From the IMG/VR virus record IMGVR_UViG_3300010885_049703, positions 50,260 through 114,259 of that record: a stretch of DNA of 64,000 bases; one strand, written 5' to 3'. The translations under genes and the position numbers were made by a program. The notes beneath the pieces are model-generated. The model did not search any database. It was given only the letters and a program-made list of their open reading frames with translations, and was not told where the DNA came from. The DNA is from a virus. This document shows, one piece after another, positions 19,847 to 28,699 of this stretch (positions are counted from its first letter, which is position 1; every line of letters begins with the position of its first letter).

Positions 19847-20851
19847 CTAAATCAATTCCACCAAATTATTACGGAAGATTTCCCAGGCCGATTGCCATGA
19901 CCAACGATGACTTCCGGCTTCAACTGTGCTGCGATCCAATTTCAAACACTCGTCTACAGCATGTTTTAAGTCTAGACTGAGATATCCAGTGACTCCAGGA
20001 TCAACTACGTCCATGGGACCTGCACAGGGATAGGCAGCAACAGGAGTACCACAGGCCATGGCTTCAATCATTACAATACCAAATGTTTCCCACTGACTGG
20101 GAAACACAAACACATCGGCGTTGGCGTAATAAGTTGCCAGCCGTTCTCCGGTTTTGAATCCCACAAAATGCACATCAGGGTAACGACGTTCTAGTTCTTC
20201 TCGGTATGGACCATCTCCCACCATAATTTTTGTTGCACCCGGATAATCTAGGCCGCAGAAGTCATCTAAGTTTTTCTCTTGACTGATACGACTCACACAC
20301 AACAACACCGGACTGGTGCGCGAGCGTGTTCGCGATGATGGATTGAATAGTGCTCGATCAACTCCACGGGTCCAAGGAACCAGTTCTCCATCAAACCCAC
20401 GGCTGCGCAAATCTTTTACCATGGTATCAGTTGTTGTTAGAACCTTGCCTGAGTGTTTGTGGAACCAACGCACTAAGGGCCAAGTAAGGGCTTCAGGAAT
20501 TCCAAATAGTTTTTTGAGTCCTTCAGGGAATTTAGTATGATAAGCAGTATTGTAGCGATAACCACGTTTTGAAAGATATTTTCTAGCAGACAGACCAATA
20601 GGACCCTCGGTGGCGATATGGATATGATCCGGATTGATCTCCTCAATCTTCTTGCCCATCGCCCGGGGATAGGCAATCTTGAGTTCGTTGTAGCGAGGAC
20701 AACTAATGTAGCTGAAGTCCCCGGGAGTAATGTAAACAACGCGATAACCATCCATAACCGCACACGCTTCAATATTTTTGTATGTTGTAACAACGCCATT
20801 GATTTGATCCGGTAAATTATCTGTGATGATCAAGATTGTTTTTGCTGACAT
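19847..20851 (-). CDS. agt: GT4 glycosyltransferase, Agt-type glycolipid synthase
   Basis: QINGVVTT, HIATEGPIG, YHTKFPE, RGVD, EKN, ETFG.V..EAMACG; paired with plcP. Confidence 0.8.
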   Translation of the reverse strand: MSAKTILIITDNLPDQINGVVTTYKNIEACAVMDGYRVVYITPGDFSYISCPRYNELKIAYPRAMGKKIEEINPDHIHIATEGPIGLSARKYLSKRGYRYNTAYHTKFPEGLKKLFGIPEALTWPLVRWFHKHSGKVLTTTDTMVKDLRSRGFDGELVPWTRGVDRALFNPSSRTRSRTSPVLLCVSRISQEKNLDDFCGLDYPGATKIMVGDGPYREELERRYPDVHFVGFKTGERLATYYANADVFVFPSQWETFGIVMIEAMACGTPVAAYPCAGPMDVVDPGVTGYLSLDLKHAVDECLKLDRSTVEAGSHRWSWQSAWEIFRNNLVELI

Positions 20852-21006
20852 GAACCCTCCACTCTAAAACTTTTGAATTTAAAATCGTAACGCATGGTTC
20901 GTAGAACTCGTTCGCAGGCAGTGCGATCAGTGAACTCCAACTCTATCCTTCCGGGTTGATCCGTTGGATCGTTTACGTGTACTGCTATCAATATCATCAA
21001 CCACAT
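20830..21006 (-). CDS. Small secreted or membrane-anchored protein (58 aa)
   Basis: Not in track: MWLMILIAVHVNDPTDQPGRIELEFTDRTACERVLRTMRYDFKFKSFRVEGSCQQKQS; fills the plcP-agt gap. Confidence 0.6.
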   Translation of the reverse strand: MWLMILIAVHVNDPTDQPGRIELEFTDRTACERVLRTMRYDFKFKSFRVEGSCQQKQS

Positions 21007-21760
21007 CATCTCGCTCCTGTGTCCAAGTTATTATCTCCCAGCGACCGTTGTGATGTTCAACCAATGCTGTGCATGATTCAACCCAGTCACCGTCGTTCAT
21101 GTAGACAACACCATCTATTTCTTTGATTTCTGCTTTGTGTATGTGTCCACAGATTACACCATCGTAGCCACGCTTCTTGCAGTATGTTGCTAGGTTCTTT
21201 TCAAATTGAAAGACAAAATCAATCGCTTTCTTGACTCGACCTTTAAGATATAAGCTGAGACTCCAATAACCAAAGCCGAGCCGGTGACGAATCCAATTAA
21301 AGCGGGAATTAAGTGTGAGTATAAAATCATATGCTTTGTCTCCTAGTATAGATAGCCATGGTGCCAGTCTAGTGATACCATCAAACAAGTCACCGTGTGT
21401 GACTAGATAATGACGACCGTCGGCACCAATGTGTTCGCATTGATTGACTATTTCAAAGTTGCCAAACCCTATACCATACTGCATGAATGGTCTTAGGAAC
21501 TCATCATGATTGCCAGCCACGTAAACGACTCGTGTTCCACGTTTGCTATAACCCAGCACACGGCGCACTACATTGGTATGACTTTGTTTCCACCGCCATT
21601 TGTTTTGTTTTATTTTCCAAGCATCAATAATGTCGCCTACAAGATACAATGTATCGCAGGTGGTGTGTTTGAGAAAATTGTTGAGCTGATCGGCCTTGCA
21701 ATCTTTGGTGCCAAGGTGAACATCAGAAATGAATACACTGCGATATGTTTTTGTTGTCAT
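20927..21760 (-). CDS. plcP: PlcP-type phospholipase C (LpxH-like metallophosphoesterase)
   Basis: SDVHLG, LVGDIID, GNHDE, HGDLFD, CGHIH, NDGDWVES; upstream of agt, behind a Pho box. Confidence 0.82.
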   Translation of the reverse strand: MTTKTYRSVFISDVHLGTKDCKADQLNNFLKHTTCDTLYLVGDIIDAWKIKQNKWRWKQSHTNVVRRVLGYSKRGTRVVYVAGNHDEFLRPFMQYGIGFGNFEIVNQCEHIGADGRHYLVTHGDLFDGITRLAPWLSILGDKAYDFILTLNSRFNWIRHRLGFGYWSLSLYLKGRVKKAIDFVFQFEKNLATYCKKRGYDGVICGHIHKAEIKEIDGVVYMNDGDWVESCTALVEHHNGRWEIITWTQERDDVVDDIDSSTRKRSNGSTRKDRVGVH

Positions 21761-21781
21761 GGGCTGTTGTGCTTGAACAGA

Positions 21782-21816
21782 TATTTAAGGTCATGTACAT
21801 TACAGATACGTTACAT
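21782..21816 (-). promoter_or_regulatory. Pho box plus TAAATA element upstream of plcP
   Basis: ATGTAAC-GTAT-CTGTAAT, then 11 nt, then TAAATA; same geometry as at pstS. Confidence 0.72.
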
Positions 21817-21820
21817 CATG

Positions 21821-21843
21821 AAAAAGCCCGCCGAAGCGGGCTT
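21821..21843 (-). terminator. Intrinsic terminator after tmRNA
   Basis: AAGCCCGC-TTCG-GCGGGCTTTTT. Confidence 0.9.
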
Positions 21844-21844
21844 A

Positions 21845-22140
21845 CTATTTTGGGTTACAAGGCATAGTTGCCCCGGGGATTACGCTGCGAGAGCGAAAAC
21901 CTCGTCGTTAGCTGCGTTTGCAGTTACTAGTTTGCTTGGATTACGTCCATCGCCTGGCGTGTTGCCTTCTTTGCTATCTCACCCTGTCGAAGCCAGGTCT
22001 GGCCCATCAGAAACATACTTCGTCCTGCAGTACGGTCCTTTTCACAAAGAGTCGCACGGTCTGCAAATATGTTTCTGGTGGACCAGGTGGGAGTCGAACC
22101 CACGTCCAGAATGCCTTTACTCCAAAGGAATTACAACAAT
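21845..22140 (-). ncRNA. ssrA: Circularly permuted two-piece tmRNA; tag ANAANDEVFALAA*
   Basis: Acceptor piece (T-arm GTGGG-TTCGACT-CCCAC, then CTGGTCC-ACCA ending at 22076) precedes the coding piece starting GGGCCAG at 22005 (G3-U70 Ala identity pair). Tag ORF 21921..21880. Outer ends approximate. Confidence 0.92.
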
Positions 22141-22153
22141 TCTTAATAGTCGC

Positions 22154-22576
22154 TTATTTATTTTGTGGTTGATAATCCACGTTGGGCATACTATACAATA
22201 GAAAATTGTGACTGACTGCATCAAATCTAATCTTGAACATGCAGACTCCCGGCTCGTCAAGGTAACCATAGCTGCGCTTTATGCCTCCACGTTTTAATCT
22301 ATAAACGCAAAAATGATCAAGGTCTATCAACGGTTCACCGCCTAACTCAATCAGTTCCACAATCACTGCGCTGTCTGTGTCTGTTCTTTCTATTACTTCT
22401 ACACCTACACTTGCAATAGTTGTGACATCATGAACAAAGTCAAATCGTACCAGGGCAGGCTCAACTTGTTGACTAGATACCGGGTCTCCCAATATCTGCC
22501 AACGTATGGCATTGCCTTTAGATCTGATGTATAACGAAAGATTTCTTTGATTTCTTGGCTTCAATGTATTGTTCAT
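22154..22576 (-). CDS. Hypothetical protein
   Basis: Protein-like ORF downstream of the radical SAM gene; start uncertain. Confidence 0.55.
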   Translation of the reverse strand: MNNTLKPRNQRNLSLYIRSKGNAIRWQILGDPVSSQQVEPALVRFDFVHDVTTIASVGVEVIERTDTDSAVIVELIELGGEPLIDLDHFCVYRLKRGGIKRSYGYLDEPGVCMFKIRFDAVSHNFLLYSMPNVDYQPQNK

Positions 22577-24065
22577 AAACTTCTTGTTGTTCGCGCAGCA
22601 TTCTATCAGCTTCTTGACCATCGCGGTCACCAAATCCTAGTTCGTGTTGTAATTCTAAAAAGCGCCGATATCGATCAAATCGTCTTTCATAGGTATTGTC
22701 TGGATTAGTTGGTGTACTCCAAAAAATATGACTCCATCCCTTGACCACATTCTCTCTTTCAAAATGATAATGATCACGCAATCTACTATCATTGGTTAGT
22801 GGTACTTGATCACCAAGAGTAAATGGCGACGAGATGGCTACACTCAATAATCCATCGTTTGCCCAGTGCCGATAACGACGCAACAAATTCAATGTTTCTT
22901 CAAAGTCTTCTTCAGTTTCCATTGGATAGCCGGCCATGAACAACCATACTTGTTTTATACCATTGTCATGCAATTGATGCGCAGTATAATCAATGTCAGT
23001 ATTGCTGAATTTTTTACGCATGTCATACCGTATACGTTCACTGCCGCTTTCTACTCCAATTATCCATTCAGAACATCCTGCTCGCCCTGCCAGTTCAAAG
23101 TCTCGAGGAGGTTGATTTTCTTTACCTCTAAAAATTGCATAACCGCTGTAACGCAATGTACGTGGCAAGTGATCTGCAAGATATTGATTCATTTTACGGT
23201 AGTTTGGTATGCTGCCGTTGATCAAGTTACCACTGAATCTAAAAAAGTCTATGCCTGTCCGATGATAACTTTTGATCATTTCTTCGGCCAACAGTTCACC
23301 ATCTTTGAAAATATATTTGGGCCAAAGATGTTCTACATCACAAAAGGTGCATTTTCTAACACAACCTTTGCTGTCTGTGATCAGCAGATATCGATCACTA
23401 GGATTAAATCTTTGATAGATATCAAAGTCGTAGTTGTCCCAATCAGGAATAGGCACTGCATTTAAGTCTTGACTGGTTTGTGGTGGCGAGTCAACTATAC
23501 CATACAGATCTTGTTGTATGACATCAATGATAAATGATTCAGCGTCACCTGTCACTACACAGTCTATCATGCCATGGTCTACTAGAAACCTAGCTCTTGA
23601 TCCTGTGGCATGAGTATCTCCAGTGTATTCACCTTGAGTTAAAATTTCTAGCCCGCGACCTCCGGCTAATATTTTTACTCCAGGAAGCCAGCGTCGAATG
23701 CTGTAACACATCAAGGTCAGATATGTTTCACTCATGACACTAAACACGCTCAATCCAACAATATCAGGATTGTATTTTTGTTTTATACCAATAAGTTTTT
23801 GTTTGTTCCATTTGAGAACATCAATCAGCACTCTTCTTGGTAGTTTACGATCAGGATTTGGGCCTTGACTGATATAAAAAAGCAATTCAGGCCAATAAGG
23901 TTTGTCCACAAATTCAGTTACAAATTCTGCAGCAAGATCCATGGGTACAGCACTTATGCCGGCTTTGTTTAAACAGGCACTGAGCAAAGCAGGAGCTGTG
24001 GCAGGCCAGCCTGGGGTCTGATAGGGTAGACTAACAATGACTATGGTGCGTTTATCAGTTGGCAT
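22518..24065 (-). CDS. B12-binding domain radical SAM protein
   Basis: DIVGLS, GDAE, GCVRKCTFC, GVESGS, GYPMETEEDF; start MPTDK at 24065. Confidence 0.9.
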   Translation of the reverse strand: MPTDKRTIVIVSLPYQTPGWPATAPALLSACLNKAGISAVPMDLAAEFVTEFVDKPYWPELLFYISQGPNPDRKLPRRVLIDVLKWNKQKLIGIKQKYNPDIVGLSVFSVMSETYLTLMCYSIRRWLPGVKILAGGRGLEILTQGEYTGDTHATGSRARFLVDHGMIDCVVTGDAESFIIDVIQQDLYGIVDSPPQTSQDLNAVPIPDWDNYDFDIYQRFNPSDRYLLITDSKGCVRKCTFCDVEHLWPKYIFKDGELLAEEMIKSYHRTGIDFFRFSGNLINGSIPNYRKMNQYLADHLPRTLRYSGYAIFRGKENQPPRDFELAGRAGCSEWIIGVESGSERIRYDMRKKFSNTDIDYTAHQLHDNGIKQVWLFMAGYPMETEEDFEETLNLLRRYRHWANDGLLSVAISSPFTLGDQVPLTNDSRLRDHYHFERENVVKGWSHIFWSTPTNPDNTYERRFDRYRRFLELQHELGFGDRDGQEADRMLREQQEVYEQYIEAKKSKKSFVIHQI

Positions 24066-24192
24066 TGTGATCTTCTTGTTGGGGTTTAAACAAGTATTCA
24101 TGCCATAATGCATAAGCAAATACCACCAGGCATCCAGTCAACATTGTGCCAAGTAAAAACCCAATAACAAAGTATAACTGTTCGGTGCCCAT
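24055..24192 (-). CDS. Small single-pass membrane protein
   Basis: MGTEQLYFVIGFLLGTMLTGCLVVFAYALW...; TAAGTA-N5-ATG. Confidence 0.6.
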   Translation of the reverse strand: MGTEQLYFVIGFLLGTMLTGCLVVFAYALWHEYLFKPQQEDHNAN

Positions 24193-24236
24193 TAAACTAC
24201 TTATGGAGCAGGGTACCGTGACCGTTAAACAATTCA

Positions 24237-24310
24237 TGGAGCGGGGTACGAGAATCGAACTCGTTTAACCAGCTTGGAAGGCTGGGACACAACCAATATG
24301 CCAACCCCGC
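24237..24310 (-). tRNA. tRNA-Gly(TCC)
   Basis: Cloverleaf; CCAGC-CTTCCAA-GCTGG; encoded CCA. Confidence 0.95.
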
Positions 24311-24318
24311 ATCATCCT

Positions 24319-25161
24319 TTATACGTTTGATGCTGCGACAATATGATTATGCATGATTTCTTTTACTTTGTCAAATCTTTGATAACGATTTTGAGCACCC
24401 ATAACGACCACAGCATACGTGCGACCGTTTTGTTCAACAACTACTCCCACACAATATCCAGCTGGATTGGTAAACCCAGTTTTGCTTACCACCACTTCGG
24501 GAAAAGCCAACAGCACCATGGTATTGGTATTCGGTACATGGCTAACGTTGGTGTACGTTTTGTGTTTACGATGCACCACAGTGGTAGTTGCCAAATCTTG
24601 ATAGGTTGAAATTCTACGTATGATTTGATATCCATATGCTGCCTCCAACATTCTCCCAACATCTTCGGCAGTACTGACATTGGTTTGAATGCGACCTGAC
24701 GGATCATCAAAGTGGGTGTTCAACATAGCCAACCGTGATGCCTTGTGGTTCATGGCATCAAGAAATGCAGTACGACCACCAGGATAATCGTGACTTAAAA
24801 ATTCTGCCACATTATTGTCACTGCGTATCAACAACCGTTGAAATAATTGTTCTCTAGTCACTAACCGACCTTGATACTGCACGGTCTGTTGAAGATTGGT
24901 GTTGCCGTCAAGGCTTACCATTGCAGTCATTAACTTAGTCAAACTGGCCATTGGCCTTACCAGTTGAGTTCCATGTCCTACGATAGGTGATTGTGTTTTG
25001 ATGTCATAGGCCCATACACTGATGGGATTCACTGTGCGAGCAGAATGATATTTTGCTTTTTTAACTGTTGCGTGATGCGAATGATGATGGTGACGTTTTT
25101 TAGCTTCAGCAGTGTTGACTAAACATGATAATGCAATGGCTATTAATAATATTTTTTTCAA
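24319..25161 (-). CDS. Peptidase S11 D-Ala-D-Ala endo/carboxypeptidase (PBP7/PbpG-like)
   Basis: Signal peptide; SLTK, SDN, KTG motifs. Confidence 0.9.
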   Translation of the reverse strand: MKKILLIAIALSCLVNTAEAKKRHHHHSHHATVKKAKYHSARTVNPISVWAYDIKTQSPIVGHGTQLVRPMASLTKLMTAMVSLDGNTNLQQTVQYQGRLVTREQLFQRLLIRSDNNVAEFLSHDYPGGRTAFLDAMNHKASRLAMLNTHFDDPSGRIQTNVSTAEDVGRMLEAAYGYQIIRRISTYQDLATTTVVHRKHKTYTNVSHVPNTNTMVLLAFPEVVVSKTGFTNPAGYCVGVVVEQNGRTYAVVVMGAQNRYQRFDKVKEIMHNHIVAASNV

Positions 25162-25222
25162 TGGGCACCTCGTCTAAATAGTTCAGGCAAAAAGCCTGTT
25201 TAATATTTAGCTGGTTTTTTTT

Positions 25223-25297
25223 TGGTCCGGCGTGCAGGAATCGAACCCACATTCTAGAGGTAGAAGCTCTATGTCCTATCCGTTGAACGAACGCCAG
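25223..25297 (-). tRNA. tRNA-Arg(TCT)
   Basis: TAGAG-CTTCTAC-CTCTA anticodon arm; T-loop TTCGATT; CCA. Confidence 0.93.
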
Positions 25298-25307
25298 TTG
25301 TTTTAAG

Positions 25308-25332
25308 AAAAAGCCCAGTGACACTGGGCTTT
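25308..25332. terminator. Terminator after dnaK
   Basis: AAAGCCCAGT-GAC-ACTGGGCTTT. Confidence 0.8.
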
Positions 25333-25336
25333 AATT

Positions 25337-27214
25337 TTATTTGCTTTCTTTGAAGTCGGCATCAACTACTGTTTCATCTGCTGATTGTGCGGACTCAGAT
25401 GCTTTGGCTTTGGCCTCAAAGATTGGAGCAGCAGCCTTGAACAATTCATCCAGACCGGATTTAATTGCTTCCAGGTCATTGCCTTGAACAGCAGTTTCAA
25501 CCGCAGTGATTGCAGTGTTGACAGAAGTTTTTTGTTCCTCAGTTAACTGTGATTCAACTTCTTTCATTTCAGCGCGAATCATATGTAACTGTGATTCGGC
25601 CTGGTTGCGTGTTTCAATAGATTCACGTTGTTTCTTATCGGCCTCGGCATTGAGTTCAGCATCCTTGATCATCTGTTCAACTTCGGCATCACTGAGGCCA
25701 GAGTTGGATTTGATAGTGATTTTGTTTTCTTTGCCGGTATTTTTGTCTTTAGCTGATACATGCATGATACCATTGGCATCAATGTCCAATGTTACTTCAA
25801 TTTGTGGCTGACCACGACGTGCTGGTGCAATGCCTTCAAGGTTGAATTCGCCCAATGATTTGTTGTACTGAAACAGTTCACGCTCGCCCTGTGCAACTTT
25901 GATAGTCACGGCAGGTTGATTGTCGTCGGCAGTGGAGAACACTTGGCTATGCTTGGTGGGAATAGTGGTGTTCTTGTTGATCAACTTAGTGAACACTCCA
26001 CCTTGTGTTTCAATACCAAGGCTCAAGGGAGTTACGTCAAGCAACAATACGTCTTTGCGCTCGCCGCCCAACACAGCACCTTGCAAGGCAGCACCTGCAG
26101 CCACTGCTTCGTCAGGATTGACATCATGTCGTGGCGCTTTGCCAAACAGTTTCTCAACTGCTTCTTGTACCTTGGGCATACGTGTTTGACCGCCAACAAG
26201 TATAACTTCATCTATGTCTGCAGCAGTGACTTTGGCATCGGTCAGGGCCTGACGGCATGGCGCCAAACTGCGTTGAATCAATTCTTCCACAAGGCTTTCT
26301 AACTTGGCACGAGTCATCTTGACATTTAAATGCTTGGGACCTGTGGCATCAGCAGTGATATAAGGCAAGTTTACATCAGTTTGTGCGCTGTTTGACAATT
26401 CAATCTTTGTGCGTTCAGCAGCTTCTTTGAGACGCTGCAGGGCCATCACATCGGCCTTGAGATCAACCCCGGACTCTTTCTTGAACTCGTCAACAAGATG
26501 ATCCATGATACGTTGGTCAAAGTCCTCACCACCTAGGAATGTGTCACCATTGGTTGACAACACTTCAATTTGTTTGTCGCCGTCAACGTGGGCAATCTCA
26601 ATAATTGAGACGTCAAATGTACCACCACCTAGGTCATACACAGCAATCTTGCGATCGCGTTTGTCTTGTTTGTCCACGCCATATGCCAAGGCCGCAGCAG
26701 TTGGCTCGTTGATAATGCGCAACACTTCCAGGCCTGCAATCTTACCTGCATCCTTGGTGGCTTGACGTTGACTATCGTTGAAGTAAGCCGGCACAGTGAT
26801 AACTGCCTGTGTGACTTCATGGCCAAGATAATCTTCTGCAGTCTTTTTCATCTTACGCAATACTTCGGCTGAAATTTGCGGAGGTGCTAGTTCTCGATCG
26901 TTAGCGCGAACCCAAGCATCGCCATTGCTGGCTTCCATGATTTGATATGGCATGAGGTCAATGTCTTTTTGCACAGCTTGTTCTTTGAACTTACGTCCAA
27001 TCAAACGCTTGGCTGCATAGATTGTATTCTTGGGGTTTGTCACTGCCTGACGTTTTGCCGGTGCGCCAACTAACACTTCGGCGTCGGTGTAGGCAACAAT
27101 TGATGGCGTAGTACGTGCGCCTTCTGAATTTTCAATTACTTTTGGGGTTCCATTTTCTACAACAGCCACGCATGAGTTGGTGGTTCCGAGGTCAATACCT
27201 ATAATTGTGCTCAT
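25337..27214 (-). CDS. dnaK: Hsp70 chaperone DnaK
   Basis: [25 protein letters not shown]; start MSTIIG at 27214 behind SD AAAGGAG. Confidence 0.98.
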   Translation of the reverse strand: MSTIIGIDLGTTNSCVAVVENGTPKVIENSEGARTTPSIVAYTDAEVLVGAPAKRQAVTNPKNTIYAAKRLIGRKFKEQAVQKDIDLMPYQIMEASNGDAWVRANDRELAPPQISAEVLRKMKKTAEDYLGHEVTQAVITVPAYFNDSQRQATKDAGKIAGLEVLRIINEPTAAALAYGVDKQDKRDRKIAVYDLGGGTFDVSIIEIAHVDGDKQIEVLSTNGDTFLGGEDFDQRIMDHLVDEFKKESGVDLKADVMALQRLKEAAERTKIELSNSAQTDVNLPYITADATGPKHLNVKMTRAKLESLVEELIQRSLAPCRQALTDAKVTAADIDEVILVGGQTRMPKVQEAVEKLFGKAPRHDVNPDEAVAAGAALQGAVLGGERKDVLLLDVTPLSLGIETQGGVFTKLINKNTTIPTKHSQVFSTADDNQPAVTIKVAQGERELFQYNKSLGEFNLEGIAPARRGQPQIEVTLDIDANGIMHVSAKDKNTGKENKITIKSNSGLSDAEVEQMIKDAELNAEADKKQRESIETRNQAESQLHMIRAEMKEVESQLTEEQKTSVNTAITAVETAVQGNDLEAIKSGLDELFKAAAPIFEAKAKASESAQSADETVVDADFKESK

Positions 27215-27219
27215 TGTTT

Positions 27220-27271
27220 TCTCCTTTGAAGTAAGCAAGATTTTGCAAATGCCCTGTCGGCACATTTACAA
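27220..27271 (-). promoter_or_regulatory. Candidate ROSE-like RNA thermometer in the dnaK 5' UTR
   Basis: 5' hairpin, then UCUUGCUU pairing with AAGGAGA (SD) with a bulged G. Confidence 0.55.
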
Positions 27272-27304
27272 GTAATTATTTATTTCACATTATAACACAC
27301 TTAG

Positions 27305-27379
27305 TGCCCCTGCTCCGAGTCGAACGGAGATAATTTTCCCTTTTGAGGAGAACGACTTTACCAATTTGTCCACAGGGGC
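27305..27379 (-). tRNA. tRNA-Leu(CAA), short variable region, CCA not encoded
   Basis: GCCCCTG/CAGGGGC acceptor stem; TTCTC-CTCAAAA-GGGAA; 6-nt variable loop. Confidence 0.85.
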
Positions 27380-27383
27380 ATGT

Positions 27384-27620
27384 TTAGTTTGACCAGGTCA
27401 GCATGAATAGAGTACGATGTTCATTCCAGCGGAATGCCACACCTATGTTATACAATATTTCACAGTCATCATACGCCCAAACACTGTATCTTGGGCCTAT
27501 GCATTGTTTGAGCCACTCTTCAATAGAATACACTCCCTGGATCCAATCTACTTGGGCATTGCCAAGTACGGGCCAAGGAACAGTTGCATGAAATTGGAAT
27601 CTATGCCAGTCCACTAACAT
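27384..27620 (-). CDS. Small hypothetical protein, 'F.L.W' family
   Basis: Ends FRWNEHRTLFMLTWSN; TAAATA-N5-ATG. Confidence 0.7.
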   Translation of the reverse strand: MLVDWHRFQFHATVPWPVLGNAQVDWIQGVYSIEEWLKQCIGPRYSVWAYDDCEILYNIGVAFRWNEHRTLFMLTWSN

Positions 27621-27643
27621 GCAAATATTTATTTTATATCCCC

Positions 27644-27892
27644 TTATTTTTTGTTCATTCTTTCACGTTCAAGTTGTTCTTGATAGAGTTTTTCCTCTGC
27701 GTCATCCTCGGCTAAAATTCCAGCACGGCGCTCTTCGTCGGTTTCTATCTGATCTACATTGGCATTTAATTTTTTGATATCTTCTTCAATTGCATGCTGG
27801 TCACTGTGATCCCCGCGTAGTTTGGACATTTCTCGTTCATACCGTGTTACAAGGCTAGGTTTAACATGTTGCCTTATCCAATCAGTTGGCAT
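27644..27892 (-). CDS. Hypothetical coiled-coil protein
   Basis: Start MPTDW at 27892 behind CAGGA. Confidence 0.6.
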   Translation of the reverse strand: MPTDWIRQHVKPSLVTRYEREMSKLRGDHSDQHAIEEDIKKLNANVDQIETDEERRAGILAEDDAEEKLYQEQLERERMNKK

Positions 27893-27910
27893 GACAATTT
27901 CCTGGTTATT

Positions 27911-27984
27911 TGGCTCCGATGGACAGAATCGAACTGCCACTCACGGTTTTGGAGACCGTTGCACTGCCATTATACTACACCGGA
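27911..27984 (-). tRNA. tRNA-Trp(CCA)
   Basis: ACGGT-CTCCAAA-ACCGT; CCA end. Confidence 0.95.
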
Positions 27985-28673
27985 ATTACTATAGTTCTTA
28001 CAACGTAATCAGCAAACTCTTGATGCGCGGACTCGTCAAAATGCATACGGCCGGTGGGAGTAAATTTTTGTTCAATGCACCAATCTAAAAATACCGGGGC
28101 AATCCAATCATACCTTTTTAAAACTGCTGCGTCATCAATGGGCCAGAAACTGTCTATGTTGATAACTTTGATGCCGGCATAAATTGCAAGTTGATTTAAT
28201 GTGACAATATTTTTTATTTTGTTTAATCTTCCCACTACAGGATCAGTGGCAAACACTATCCAGTGATTTAGATATTTCTGATATAACTTGCGTTGATCAA
28301 TCCATTGGTAGCGTTTTTTAACGACTTTCTTGCGTCCTTCTCTCACAACATCATCTGGTTCAGTGCGCAACCATCCTTCTAGTCCTGCTGCCAACGGCAA
28401 CCATTGTTGGTTTTCTTGCGAATAGATTTCTGAACGATCACATCCAGTCAAGCAGGCAATTACAATGTCATTGCTGGATAGGGATGACAGTTCTCTTTCA
28501 AAAATCCTAAACATAGCATCATTGCTACCTCCGGCAATGGCGTGATTTAGGGGCCGATATCCTAGACTCTGTGCAATTTTCACAGCATAGCTGTGAGAGT
28601 AGTTGTATTGATCGTCGCTGCTGATTTCCGAACCAGCAGCATGACTACAACCCAATATCAATGCCTGTTTCAT
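27975..28673 (-). CDS. SGNH-hydrolase-like phage protein
   Basis: GCSH..G, N.A..GGSN, C-terminal HF...H. Confidence 0.65.
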   Translation of the reverse strand: MKQALILGCSHAAGSEISSDDQYNYSHSYAVKIAQSLGYRPLNHAIAGGSNDAMFRIFERELSSLSSNDIVIACLTGCDRSEIYSQENQQWLPLAAGLEGWLRTEPDDVVREGRKKVVKKRYQWIDQRKLYQKYLNHWIVFATDPVVGRLNKIKNIVTLNQLAIYAGIKVINIDSFWPIDDAAVLKRYDWIAPVFLDWCIEQKFTPTGRMHFDESAHQEFADYVVRTIVIPV

Positions 28674-28699
28674 ATGCCTACTTAGCTGTGAACCAGATA

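Noticed and set aside
21506-22201. 231-aa plus-strand ORF
   Set aside because: It is an antisense shadow of plcP and the tmRNA.
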